A stretch of DNA of 64,000 nt from Capsulimonadaceae bacterium. GTDB taxonomy: Bacteria; Armatimonadota; Armatimonadia; Armatimonadales; Capsulimonadaceae. Each line of letters starts with the position of its first letter. Positions within the stretch are counted from its first letter, which is position 1. The notes under the pieces were generated by a model. It saw nothing but the letters and a program-made list of their open reading frames with translations. It searched no databases and was not told the origin of the DNA. Where the stretch lies: assembly GCA_965215505.1 (NCBI GenBank), contig OZ244065.1, positions 4,160,001 to 4,224,000 on the forward strand, in the 5' to 3' direction. This document shows, piece by piece, positions 39,097 through 47,880 of this stretch. A program made the position numbers and the translations under genes.

Positions 39097-41634
39097 ATGA
39101 AGCTGCTACTCTTTTTCGCTCTTGTGATGGTAATCATGCTCACCGGATCCAACACTCCTCTCGACGCCGCGACATCCGGCCGTCTCCGTTTGCTGGCCGA
39201 TCACAGCTGGCATTTCACACTCGGCGATCCGAAGGGGGCCGAAGATCCACGTTTCGATGATGCCGGCTGGCGCCATGTCGACCTCCCGCACGACTGGAGC
39301 ATTGAGGGGCCTTATTCTGAGAATGCCCCCACGACGGGCCGCGGCGGTTACCTCCCCACCGGCGTCGGCTGGTACCGCCGCGTCTTTGACGCCCCCCCTG
39401 CCTGGCGCGGGAAACGGGTCCACATCAACTTTGATGGCGTCTATATGAACAGCGACGTCTGGATCAACGGCGTCCTGCTCGGCCACCGGCCTTACGGCTA
39501 CATCTCGTTCGAGTACGACCTCACGCCGCACCTGCACTTCGGCGGCCGCAACGTTCTCGCGGTCCGGGTCGACAACTCCCTGCAGCCCGACACTCGATGG
39601 TACTCCGGAACGGGAATTTACCGTCACGTCTGGCTCACGGTCACCAATCCGGTTCATGTGGCACCGTGGGGGACGTATATTACCACGCCGGATGTGACGC
39701 CCGAATCGGCGACCGTCCGCATCAGGACCAGCGTGACGAACGACGGCGTTAGTATCGCCGGGGCGACAGTTGTCACCAATGTGACCGGGCCGGCAGGGGC
39801 AGCGCCTGCGCGTCCGGCCGCGCCGCGCCCAGAGGGCATCCGTCCCTTCCCTCGGACGCCCGCGGAGTCAATCGACATCGCCCCCGGAGGGCAGTGCGTC
39901 CTGGACCAGTCGGTCGCGGTGCCGAAGCCTCATCTCTGGTCGCCCGACGCGCCGGCACTGTATCACGCTCACACCGTCGTGACGGTTGGCGGCAAGATCG
40001 TCGACGAGTACGACACGCCGTTCGGCATTCGCACAATGGCTTATGACGTGGATAAGGGCTTCTTGCTGAACGGGCAGCCGGTGAAGATGCACGGAATGTG
40101 CCTGCACCAGGACGGCGGGTGTGTCGGGGCCGCCGTCCCGATTCAAGTGTGGGAGCGCCGCCTTCGCCTCCTGAAGGCGATGGGCTGCAACGCGATCCGG
40201 ACGAGCCATAATCCGCCGGCCCCGGAGTTCCTGGACCTGTGTGACCGCATGGGGTTCCTGGTGATGGATGAGTCCTTCGACGAGTGGACGGGCCATAAGG
40301 TGGCGCATGGGTACGCGAGCTACTTCCAGGAGTGGGGCATTCGCGATCTGACCGACATGCTTCATCGGGATCGCAACCATCCGAGCGTCGTCCTGTGGAG
40401 CTTGGGGAATGAGATCGGCGAGCAGACGGCGGCCAACGGAGCGGACGTCCTGCGTCCCCTCGTCGAGACCGTTCACAGGGAAGACCCGACGCGCCCGGTG
40501 ACTGCGGCATGCGACAGTGTCTATACGGACCGCGGCGGCGCCACCCTCGGCTTCCTGAACCTGCTCGATATCGTCGGCTACAATTATGTGGACCGCTGGG
40601 GCACGCGCCGGGAGACGTACTACGCCGACGATCGCCGCCAGTTTCCGGAACGCAAATTCATCGGAACGGAGGACTCGAATATCCGGCAGGTTCGTGGCGA
40701 ATACAATTTCGTGCCGACGGGGAGTGACGGCCTGGTGCGGGGGGGCTACACCGCGTCGATGATCGACACCGAGCAGCTCTGGAAGTTCGTGCGCACGCAC
40801 GACTATGTGATCGGCGATTTCATCTGGACGGGCATCGATTACCTGGGCGAGGCCCAGTGGCCGAATAAGCTCAACACGAGCGGGGCGCTCGACACATGTG
40901 CATTCCCGAAAGACACCTACTACTTCTGGCAGAGCCAGTGGACGGCGGCGCCCATGGTCTATGTGTTCCCGCACTGGAACTGGGCCGGGCGCGAGGGGCA
41001 GGTCATTCCGGTCCTCTGCTATAGCAACTGCAGCAGCGTCGAGCTTTTTCTCAATGGGAAGAGTTTCGGAGCGAAGTCGCTGGCGTTTCCACGCTCGGGA
41101 ACGTCGGGGGGGTGGAATACCTACGCACAGCCGCCTGTTCGGCCATCGACTGCGGATCTGCACCTGTCCTGGGACGTGCCCTATGAGCCCGGTATCCTGA
41201 AAGCCGTAGGATACCGCAACGGCAAACCCGTCTGCGAGGGGACGATCGCCACGGCGGGGCCGGCCGCGGCGCTCGCCCTGGCCGTTGACGGCGACACCCT
41301 CACCGCCGATCCCGACACCGTGGCGGAAGTGACCGTGAAGGTCGTTGATGCTCAGGGGACTGTGGTCCCGGAGGCGGCTAACCGGGTTTCCTTCGTCGTC
41401 AGCGGCCCCGCCAGATTGATCGGCGTCGACAATGGCGCCCCCGCCAATCACGATTCGTATCAAGCATCCTCGCGTCCGGCTTTCCATGGTCTGGCGCTGG
41501 CAGTCGTGCGCCTGACCGGCACGGCGGGCACAGTATCTGTCACCGCGACGTCCCCCGGTCTGGCTCCGGCGACAGTCACAATCAAGGTGACGCCGCCAGT
41601 CAGTCTACCGCCGAAATTGGCCGTCGCGCATTAA
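39097..41634 (+). CDS. GH2 beta-galactosidase
   Basis: LPHDWSIE, RWYSGTGIYR, CLHQD, NAIRTSHNP, WSLGNE, WTGIDYLGE, GVDNG. Confidence 0.93.
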   Translation: MKLLLFFALVMVIMLTGSNTPLDAATSGRLRLLADHSWHFTLGDPKGAEDPRFDDAGWRHVDLPHDWSIEGPYSENAPTTGRGGYLPTGVGWYRRVFDAPPAWRGKRVHINFDGVYMNSDVWINGVLLGHRPYGYISFEYDLTPHLHFGGRNVLAVRVDNSLQPDTRWYSGTGIYRHVWLTVTNPVHVAPWGTYITTPDVTPESATVRIRTSVTNDGVSIAGATVVTNVTGPAGAAPARPAAPRPEGIRPFPRTPAESIDIAPGGQCVLDQSVAVPKPHLWSPDAPALYHAHTVVTVGGKIVDEYDTPFGIRTMAYDVDKGFLLNGQPVKMHGMCLHQDGGCVGAAVPIQVWERRLRLLKAMGCNAIRTSHNPPAPEFLDLCDRMGFLVMDESFDEWTGHKVAHGYASYFQEWGIRDLTDMLHRDRNHPSVVLWSLGNEIGEQTAANGADVLRPLVETVHREDPTRPVTAACDSVYTDRGGATLGFLNLLDIVGYNYVDRWGTRRETYYADDRRQFPERKFIGTEDSNIRQVRGEYNFVPTGSDGLVRGGYTASMIDTEQLWKFVRTHDYVIGDFIWTGIDYLGEAQWPNKLNTSGALDTCAFPKDTYYFWQSQWTAAPMVYVFPHWNWAGREGQVIPVLCYSNCSSVELFLNGKSFGAKSLAFPRSGTSGGWNTYAQPPVRPSTADLHLSWDVPYEPGILKAVGYRNGKPVCEGTIATAGPAAALALAVDGDTLTADPDTVAEVTVKVVDAQGTVVPEAANRVSFVVSGPARLIGVDNGAPANHDSYQASSRPAFHGLALAVVRLTGTAGTVSVTATSPGLAPATVTIKVTPPVSLPPKLAVAH

Positions 41635-41874
41635 AACGAATGTGAGACGCAAGGGGGGCAAGAAACAGGGTACTGCTCACGAAACACAATGAATCGGTTC
41701 TTCCGCACATTTGGTGAAAAGAACGCCGTCTCGCTCCGAGAACGAAGCAATGTCTGTCAACGAAAACAAACGTCGCTTAACTTTAAGCTTCCCTTGACGA
41801 CGAAAAGTGTTGATTCTGCCGTTTTCACCAAAATCGCGGAAGAACCATTATTTGGCGTATAATCTTCGGCAGTA

Positions 41875-42192
41875 GGTGGCGTATTTTCTCTCAGGAACAA
41901 GGGCCTTGCCTTCCTGAGCGAATTGTCTGTTCTGCCCGACCCAGGGACTACACTGTCCTTGGTAAGGCTGCCTGACCAGCCTGCTCGAACGCGATTGAAG
42001 TTGGGCAATATGTGCTGCCGAGACCTTCCACATCTGCGGGAGGACTGACAGCTGCCCAGCAACGGCTGCGCCAGAAACCGGAGATTATCCGGGCCTGCTT
42101 CCAGCAGGCAGGCTACCTTTAGAACTTTACGAGAACCTCGGTAAAGCAGCAACCCTGGGTAAACACGGATGATAAAATTATCTCTCGCCATC
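41875..42192 (+). ncRNA. Candidate structured RNA of unknown family (ncRNA or long leader of the LacI gene)
   Basis: Closing stem GGTGGCG/CGCCATC, nested long-range stems and at least six hairpins; G-U pairs on the plus strand; TATAAT at 41858-41863. Confidence 0.55.
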
Positions 42193-42289
42193 AGGTGAAG
42201 CTCCTTGAATGCGGATTGGCATCCGCTATCCTGCGGGGCTCTCGCTCGATGAATTTACCTCCAAAAGAGTCATACCTCGGTCAATTACT

Positions 42290-43309
42290 ATGCCGCGCAA
42301 TAAGAACGAATCTCCGAATATGAAACGTCCGCGAAGGGTGACTATGGAAGACATCGCCAAAGTCGCGGGCGTCAACAAGATGACGGTGTCGGACGCGTTG
42401 AACGGCACACGGAGCGTCGCACCGACAACTCGTGAAAAAATTCAGCACATTGCGAAAGAGTTGAATTACATCCCAAACTTTGCGGCGAGAGCTCTTTCCA
42501 AGGGGCGGACGGGAATCATCGCCATCATCAGCGGTCCCATGAATGAGCCCTACTATGCGACCATGGTTCATCTGCTGGAAAGGCACATCAACGCCGATGG
42601 ATTTCATTTGATGTTGATGCGCACGCCTAGCGAAGTCCATGATTTGGTTTGCGCCACGGGGGACGTTGCGGTCGACGGCGCGATTGCCGTTGATATGTCG
42701 GGCCTCGTGGACGAGTTTCGGTCACATCCCACCATTCCCTGCGTTGCAATCGGCACGTTCAAGCGTTCGTTCGTGGACTATGTTATCGTTGACCTGACGA
42801 CCGGCGTGACGGAGGCCCTCCATCTCATGCTGGCCGCCGGGCGCCGGCGGATCGCCTACCTCGTCTCTTCCGGCCATTTGGCGGACGAGACGGAAGTCCG
42901 GGCGGGCGCCTATCTGTCCACGATGAGGAAGGCCAATCAGGCCCCTGAAATCATCAATGTCAATACCGATGATCTTGAGTCAACCGAAGAGAAATTTAAA
43001 GCCTACCTGGTTCAGAAGGGGTGTCCCGACGGATTGCTCTGTCAAAACGATCAGACGGCGATGTGCGCCTTTCGAGCGCTCAAGGATCTAGGTTACAGCG
43101 TGCCGGAGGATTTGCTCTTGGTGGGGTGCGACGGGCAGTTGCACATGAGGTATTTCGACCCGCCGTTGAGTACAATTGTGCAGCCGATGGAAGAGATGTG
43201 CGCCCAGGCGTGGCAGTTTCTGCGACAGCGAATGGCTCATCCCGGTTCGCCGCATCAGGGAGCGTCTTTCCAGGGGGCATTGGTGGTCAGGCAGTCGCTG
43301 CTCGCCTGA
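42290..43309 (+). CDS. LacI-family transcriptional regulator
   Basis: VTMEDIAKVAGVNKMTVSDALNG, LNYIPNFAARAL, CQND, VPEDLLLVGCD, PPLSTI. Confidence 0.95.
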   Translation: MPRNKNESPNMKRPRRVTMEDIAKVAGVNKMTVSDALNGTRSVAPTTREKIQHIAKELNYIPNFAARALSKGRTGIIAIISGPMNEPYYATMVHLLERHINADGFHLMLMRTPSEVHDLVCATGDVAVDGAIAVDMSGLVDEFRSHPTIPCVAIGTFKRSFVDYVIVDLTTGVTEALHLMLAAGRRRIAYLVSSGHLADETEVRAGAYLSTMRKANQAPEIINVNTDDLESTEEKFKAYLVQKGCPDGLLCQNDQTAMCAFRALKDLGYSVPEDLLLVGCDGQLHMRYFDPPLSTIVQPMEEMCAQAWQFLRQRMAHPGSPHQGASFQGALVVRQSLLA

Positions 43310-43349
43310 TTCTCCGAAAAATGATGCGCCGAAAAAGCCCGGCGCAATG

Positions 43350-43378
43350 TTGACAAAGAGAAAGGTGAGGGGTACACT
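43350..43378 (+). promoter_or_regulatory. Sigma70-type promoter of the GH38 operon
   Basis: TTGACA-17 bp-TACACT. Confidence 0.8.
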
Positions 43379-43386
43379 GCAAATGC

Positions 43387-43400
43387 CCATACCGGTATGG
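43387..43400. promoter_or_regulatory. Putative LacI-family operator
   Basis: Perfect 14-bp CG-centred palindrome CCATACCGGTATGG just downstream of the predicted transcription start. Confidence 0.7.
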
Positions 43401-43425
43401 TGAACGGTCGCCCCCGCTGCATACG

Positions 43426-43699
43426 CTGCATGTCAGGACCCGGAGGCGCCAGTCAAAAACCAACCTTTGTGACGCTTCTAGACCCGACCGTGCCCTAAGT
43501 GACACACCAAATCGCATTCGAAGCGCGGCTTGCACTGGCTTGCGCTTTCGGACGGCGGCGCGGGCCTCAGTCGCCAATGGGTGGCCGACCACGCGATCCA
43601 TGCCGTCAAAGGAAAGTCCGTTTCCGGCGCCTTCATCCTGCGCGCCTTCAGTGCGTCCGGTGTGACTGCCGCCGCACTGAAGTAAACGATGTCATGCAG
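43426..43699 (+). ncRNA. Candidate structured leader RNA upstream of the GH38 gene
   Basis: Closing stem CTGCATG/CATGCAG; nested stems CAGGA/TCCTG, GGAGGCGCC/GGCGCCTTC, CCTTTG/CAAAGG, GACGGC/GCCGTC, CTTCAGTGCG/CGCACTGAAG. Confidence 0.45.
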
Positions 43700-43838
43700 A
43701 GACCCCCGTCTTACAGGACGCACAGGGGCCGTCTAGGGACTTTTCTGTAACATCCACCCCCGAGTGATCGGCGTGAAGTGTCACCAGTCCTGCACTTTCG
43801 CAGTCTCCACTTTGAAAAGGTTGTTCCTCGTGAAATCT

Positions 43839-46800
43839 ATGCAAGAATTAGAAACCCCAGAGAAAATTCCAGCAGTGCCTGCTGCTGAGAAAAAACTGAC
43901 GCGGCGGGCTTTTGTTAAGGGCGCGCTGGTCGTTGCGAGCGGAGCCGGGCTGGGATTGACGCCGTTTCGGCTGCCCGGTGCAGAAGCACAGGCAGACATT
44001 ACCGGCAGCACGGAAAAGCCGACGCTGTACATGATTGCCACGGCGCACAACGACACGCAGTGGAACTGGACGGTTCAGCATACCATCGCCCACTGCATTC
44101 CAGACACGATGCGGCCTAACTGGCGATTATTCGAGAAGTATCCAGCCTACACCTTTAATTATGAAGGCGTGATCCACTACATGTGGTTCAAAGAATATCA
44201 CCCCGAAGACTGGGCCGAGCTTCAAAGTTGGGTCAAAAAAGGACGCTGGAAACTGTCCGGGTCGTGGATCAACGCTGTGGATGTCATTGTTCCAAGCCCC
44301 GAGTCCTTGTTCCGGCAGGCACTCTACGGCCAGCAGTTCTTTCGGCGAGAGTTCGGCCGCGTCAGCCGCGACATCTACCTGCCGGATTGTTTCGGTTTTC
44401 CCTATTCGCTGCCTTCCATAGGACGCCATTCGGGACTGCAATCATTTTCCACCCAAAAGTTCGCCCTCTGGGGCGGTTGGTTCCCCGCCCCGTTCTCCGT
44501 GGGACGCTGGGAGGGACCGGACGGGGCCGAACTTGTGACTGCCCTGCGCCCCGGCGGCTACGGCGCCCGACTCCGCTCGGACGTCGCCCTGGACCCTGCC
44601 TGGAATGGCGACATGGCGGATGCGGGCGGCAAAAAAGTCAACATGCGCTACTTCGGCACCGGCGACCAGGGGGGGACGCCGGGCGAGGAGTCGGTTTCTT
44701 GGCTGCAGAAGTCGGTGGATGATGCCACCGCCCCGGTGCGCGTCGTCAGCACCAGTGCGGACCAACTCGCGAAGGACCTGACGCCCGCCCAGGCCGCCGC
44801 CCTGCCCCGCTACAAGGGCGAGTTGACCATGACGCGGCACGGGGTAGGCGGCTACACTTCGCAGGCCGCCCACAAAAAGTGGAACCGAATGAATGAGCAG
44901 ATGGCCGATGCCGCTGAGCGCGCCTCGCTTGCGGCGGCCTGGCTCGGCGGGCCGGCTTACCCGCAGGAAACACTGAACACGGTTTGGATCCGAACGCTCT
45001 GGCATCAGTTCCACGATGAACTGCCGGGGACATGTGTCCCGCAGGCTTACACGTTTGTCTGGAACGACGACCTGCTGAGCCTCAATCAACTGTCCCAGAT
45101 CGTGACGACGGGAGTGGGAGCCGTCGCGCAGCATTTGGAGACACAGGTCGAGGGCGTTCCGCTGGTTATCTACAACCCGCTTGACCAGCCGCGCACGGAT
45201 GCCGTCGAGGCGACCGTGACACTGGCTGGGGCGGCTCCCAATATCCGCGTTTTTGATACGGCTACGAAGGACGAGGTCCCGAGCCAAATTCTATCTCGTG
45301 ATGGTTTGAGCGTCAAAATCGTCTTCATTGCTCATGCGCCGGCGGTCGGCTGCCGCGTTTACGAGGTGCGTCCTTCGCCGGTCCCTTGTCGCCTGAAGAC
45401 CGGCCTCAGCGCGGCCGCGCAGACGCTGGAAAGCCGCCGCTACAAAGTCGCTGTCAATCCCACAGGCGATATCAGCAGCGTGTACGACAAGGAGGCGAAG
45501 ACGGAGCTTCTCAGCGGCCCCAGCCGACTCGAGCAGTTCCACGACCGCTCACGGGACTGGCCCGCCTGGGAGATCTTGTGGGAGACCGTGCATAACCCGC
45601 CGCTCGGCGTTGTCGAAGGGGACCCGAATATCCGCATCACGGAGCATGGTCCCGCCCGGGTCGCGCTGGAAGTGACGCGCACTTCCGGCGAGACAACCTG
45701 GATCCAGCACATCCGCCTGACACCGGAGGGCGACTGGGTGGAAGTGAAAAACGATGTTGACTGGCAGACGCCGGGCACACTGGTCAAAGCGACATTCCCG
45801 ATGACGGCCAAAAACCCCACGGCGACTTATGATCTGGGCCTGGGCACCATCGAGCGGCCCAATGCCGAGCCGCACCGATACGAGGTCAATGCCCAGCAGT
45901 GGGCGGACCTGACCGACACCGGGGGCCGTCACGGGATGGCCGTACTCACCAGGTACAAGTACGGATGGGATAAGCCGACGGACAACATCCTGCGCCTCTC
46001 GCTGATTCGGACTCCTGACGGGAGTGGCAGCGGCTACCCGTGGCAGAACACCAATGACATCGGACGACACCACTTCGAGTACGCCCTCGCTGGTCATGCC
46101 GGGGACTGGCGGAAGGGAAAGGTCGTCCAGTCTGCGGCCCGCTTCAATCAGCCTCTGCAGTGTTTCCAAACAGTGAAACACAATGGGGCCGGGGGGCATG
46201 AGTTTTCGCTGCTGCGTGTCAGCACGGATCAGATTGCGGTGCGTGCGCTGAAAAAAGCCGAAGATAGCACGGAATGGGTCGTTCGCCTGCAGGAATTGCA
46301 CGGGCAGGATATACGAGGCGCATCGGTCGCATTCGCGGCCCCCATCGTCAGCGTCCGTGAGATCAACGCCGCCGAGGAAGCGGTCGGACCTTTCTCGGCT
46401 CATCACGGGGAGCTGGTCGTGGATCTGACGGCTTACCAGCCGCGCTCCTTCGCGGTCACATTGGCTGCCGCCCCGCACAAGATCGCACCCCCTGTCAGCA
46501 CACCAGTGGCGCTGCCCTTCAATCTGGCAGGCGTCTCGTCCCACGCCGATCTTGCCGGCGGCGCGTTCGACAGCGCGGGGGGAAGCTACCCCGCGGAACT
46601 GTGGCCGGAGACAGTGTCGTCCGACGGCAAAGACTTCAAATTGGGCGGCGTTGCGCCGGGCGCCAAAAATATGGTCGAATGCTCGGGTCAGACAATCGCG
46701 CTGCCGGACGGAGATGGCAAACGGTTGTATCTGTTGGCGGCATCGGCCCACGGCGACCAGGACGGCGTCTTCACGGTCGAGGCCGGGGCGGGCACAGCGT

Positions 46801-47816
46801 ACAAAACAGCCCTCCAAGTGCAGGACTGGCAGGCGCTCGTCGGCCAGTGGTACAGCCGTGTGATCTCCAATGATCCTGCCGATACGGCCCAGTTTGGACC
46901 AGGCACCGGTTACCCGAACCCGAACTGGAGCGGGGATCTGGTGTTGGCGAACATGGCAGTGAAAAACATCAGGGGTGGCCGGGTCCACAATATTGAAAAG
47001 ATGACCCCTGGCTTCATCAAGCGCGACCCGGTGGCCTGGATCGGCACCCACCGGCATACGCCGGAAGGGGATCTGCCCTACTGCTTCTGCTACCTGTTCC
47101 AGTACACGGTTGACCTTCCCGCCGGAGCAATGAGCGTGACGCTGCCGAGCAATCCGAACATCCGCGTCATGGCAATGACTGTTGTCCGAGACGGTGTGGA
47201 TGCTATCCGGCCCGCCGGTGTCCTCTACGAACCCGACGCATTTCCTCCCATCGTGCCGCGCACCCCTGCGCCTACCGTCGCACATCTCGCCCCCGGCACG
47301 GTGGTCTTCCAGGTGCCTGGCATACAGACGTTTGACGGCACGCAGCCTGGCCTCGTCAAGAACAATCTCGCCGGCATCCCCTCCCAAGGGGACAGCCCGT
47401 GGACGATCAACCAATTCGTGTATTTGGACAAGCAGCCGGAAGAACTGACGGCCATCAGCGGCTTGGGGGATGGGGCGGATGAGGCGGGTCAGGAGCGGTT
47501 CCTGATCAAATACAAAGACGGCATCAGTTTCTGGGGGAGCCACGTTGATGTCGCGAGCGGCATACCGTTTGATCTGAACACGTGGCAGATGATTACGCTG
47601 GCGTTCGACGGCAGAACGCTGACGCTCTACAAAAACGGCGAGGTCATCAAGACTGCCTCCATCTCGCTCGACGACGCCGACGGCCAAGTCCGAATCGGCA
47701 TGCCCGGTCCCTGGAATTCCAATCGCTTCATGGGCAAGATCTCCGGCTTTGCGATCTGGAACTCCGCCCTCTCCGCCGCCGCGGTCAAAGCCCTCTTGGC
47801 TGAGACGCCGAAGTGA
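43839..47816 (+). CDS. GH38 alpha-mannosidase, Tat-exported, with C-terminal LamG/ConA-like domain
   Basis: TRRAFV Tat motif; AHNDTQWNW, YLPDCFG, GDQGG, QFHDELPG; tail WQMITLAFDG...LYKNG...FMGKISGFAIWNSALS. Confidence 0.92.
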   Translation: MQELETPEKIPAVPAAEKKLTRRAFVKGALVVASGAGLGLTPFRLPGAEAQADITGSTEKPTLYMIATAHNDTQWNWTVQHTIAHCIPDTMRPNWRLFEKYPAYTFNYEGVIHYMWFKEYHPEDWAELQSWVKKGRWKLSGSWINAVDVIVPSPESLFRQALYGQQFFRREFGRVSRDIYLPDCFGFPYSLPSIGRHSGLQSFSTQKFALWGGWFPAPFSVGRWEGPDGAELVTALRPGGYGARLRSDVALDPAWNGDMADAGGKKVNMRYFGTGDQGGTPGEESVSWLQKSVDDATAPVRVVSTSADQLAKDLTPAQAAALPRYKGELTMTRHGVGGYTSQAAHKKWNRMNEQMADAAERASLAAAWLGGPAYPQETLNTVWIRTLWHQFHDELPGTCVPQAYTFVWNDDLLSLNQLSQIVTTGVGAVAQHLETQVEGVPLVIYNPLDQPRTDAVEATVTLAGAAPNIRVFDTATKDEVPSQILSRDGLSVKIVFIAHAPAVGCRVYEVRPSPVPCRLKTGLSAAAQTLESRRYKVAVNPTGDISSVYDKEAKTELLSGPSRLEQFHDRSRDWPAWEILWETVHNPPLGVVEGDPNIRITEHGPARVALEVTRTSGETTWIQHIRLTPEGDWVEVKNDVDWQTPGTLVKATFPMTAKNPTATYDLGLGTIERPNAEPHRYEVNAQQWADLTDTGGRHGMAVLTRYKYGWDKPTDNILRLSLIRTPDGSGSGYPWQNTNDIGRHHFEYALAGHAGDWRKGKVVQSAARFNQPLQCFQTVKHNGAGGHEFSLLRVSTDQIAVRALKKAEDSTEWVVRLQELHGQDIRGASVAFAAPIVSVREINAAEEAVGPFSAHHGELVVDLTAYQPRSFAVTLAAAPHKIAPPVSTPVALPFNLAGVSSHADLAGGAFDSAGGSYPAELWPETVSSDGKDFKLGGVAPGAKNMVECSGQTIALPDGDGKRLYLLAASAHGDQDGVFTVEAGAGTAYKTALQVQDWQALVGQWYSRVISNDPADTAQFGPGTGYPNPNWSGDLVLANMAVKNIRGGRVHNIEKMTPGFIKRDPVAWIGTHRHTPEGDLPYCFCYLFQYTVDLPAGAMSVTLPSNPNIRVMAMTVVRDGVDAIRPAGVLYEPDAFPPIVPRTPAPTVAHLAPGTVVFQVPGIQTFDGTQPGLVKNNLAGIPSQGDSPWTINQFVYLDKQPEELTAISGLGDGADEAGQERFLIKYKDGISFWGSHVDVASGIPFDLNTWQMITLAFDGRTLTLYKNGEVIKTASISLDDADGQVRIGMPGPWNSNRFMGKISGFAIWNSALSAAAVKALLAETPK

Positions 47817-47880
47817 GTCGGGCGCGATCCAGGCTTCGGCCTTTCAGATACTTTCGCCACCAAGGGAGGCGACAAGAACG

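Noticed and set aside
41757-42191. 144-aa minus-strand ORF over the structured region
   Set aside because: No motif, atypical composition, and G-U polarity favours a plus-strand RNA.
41875-42192. tmRNA identity for the structured element
   Set aside because: It has an acceptor-like stem but no TTCRA T-loop, no CCA end and no recognisable tag reading frame.
43608-43625. RNase P RNA (AGGAAAGTCC match)
   Set aside because: The other conserved regions, including the 3' P4 partner, are absent.
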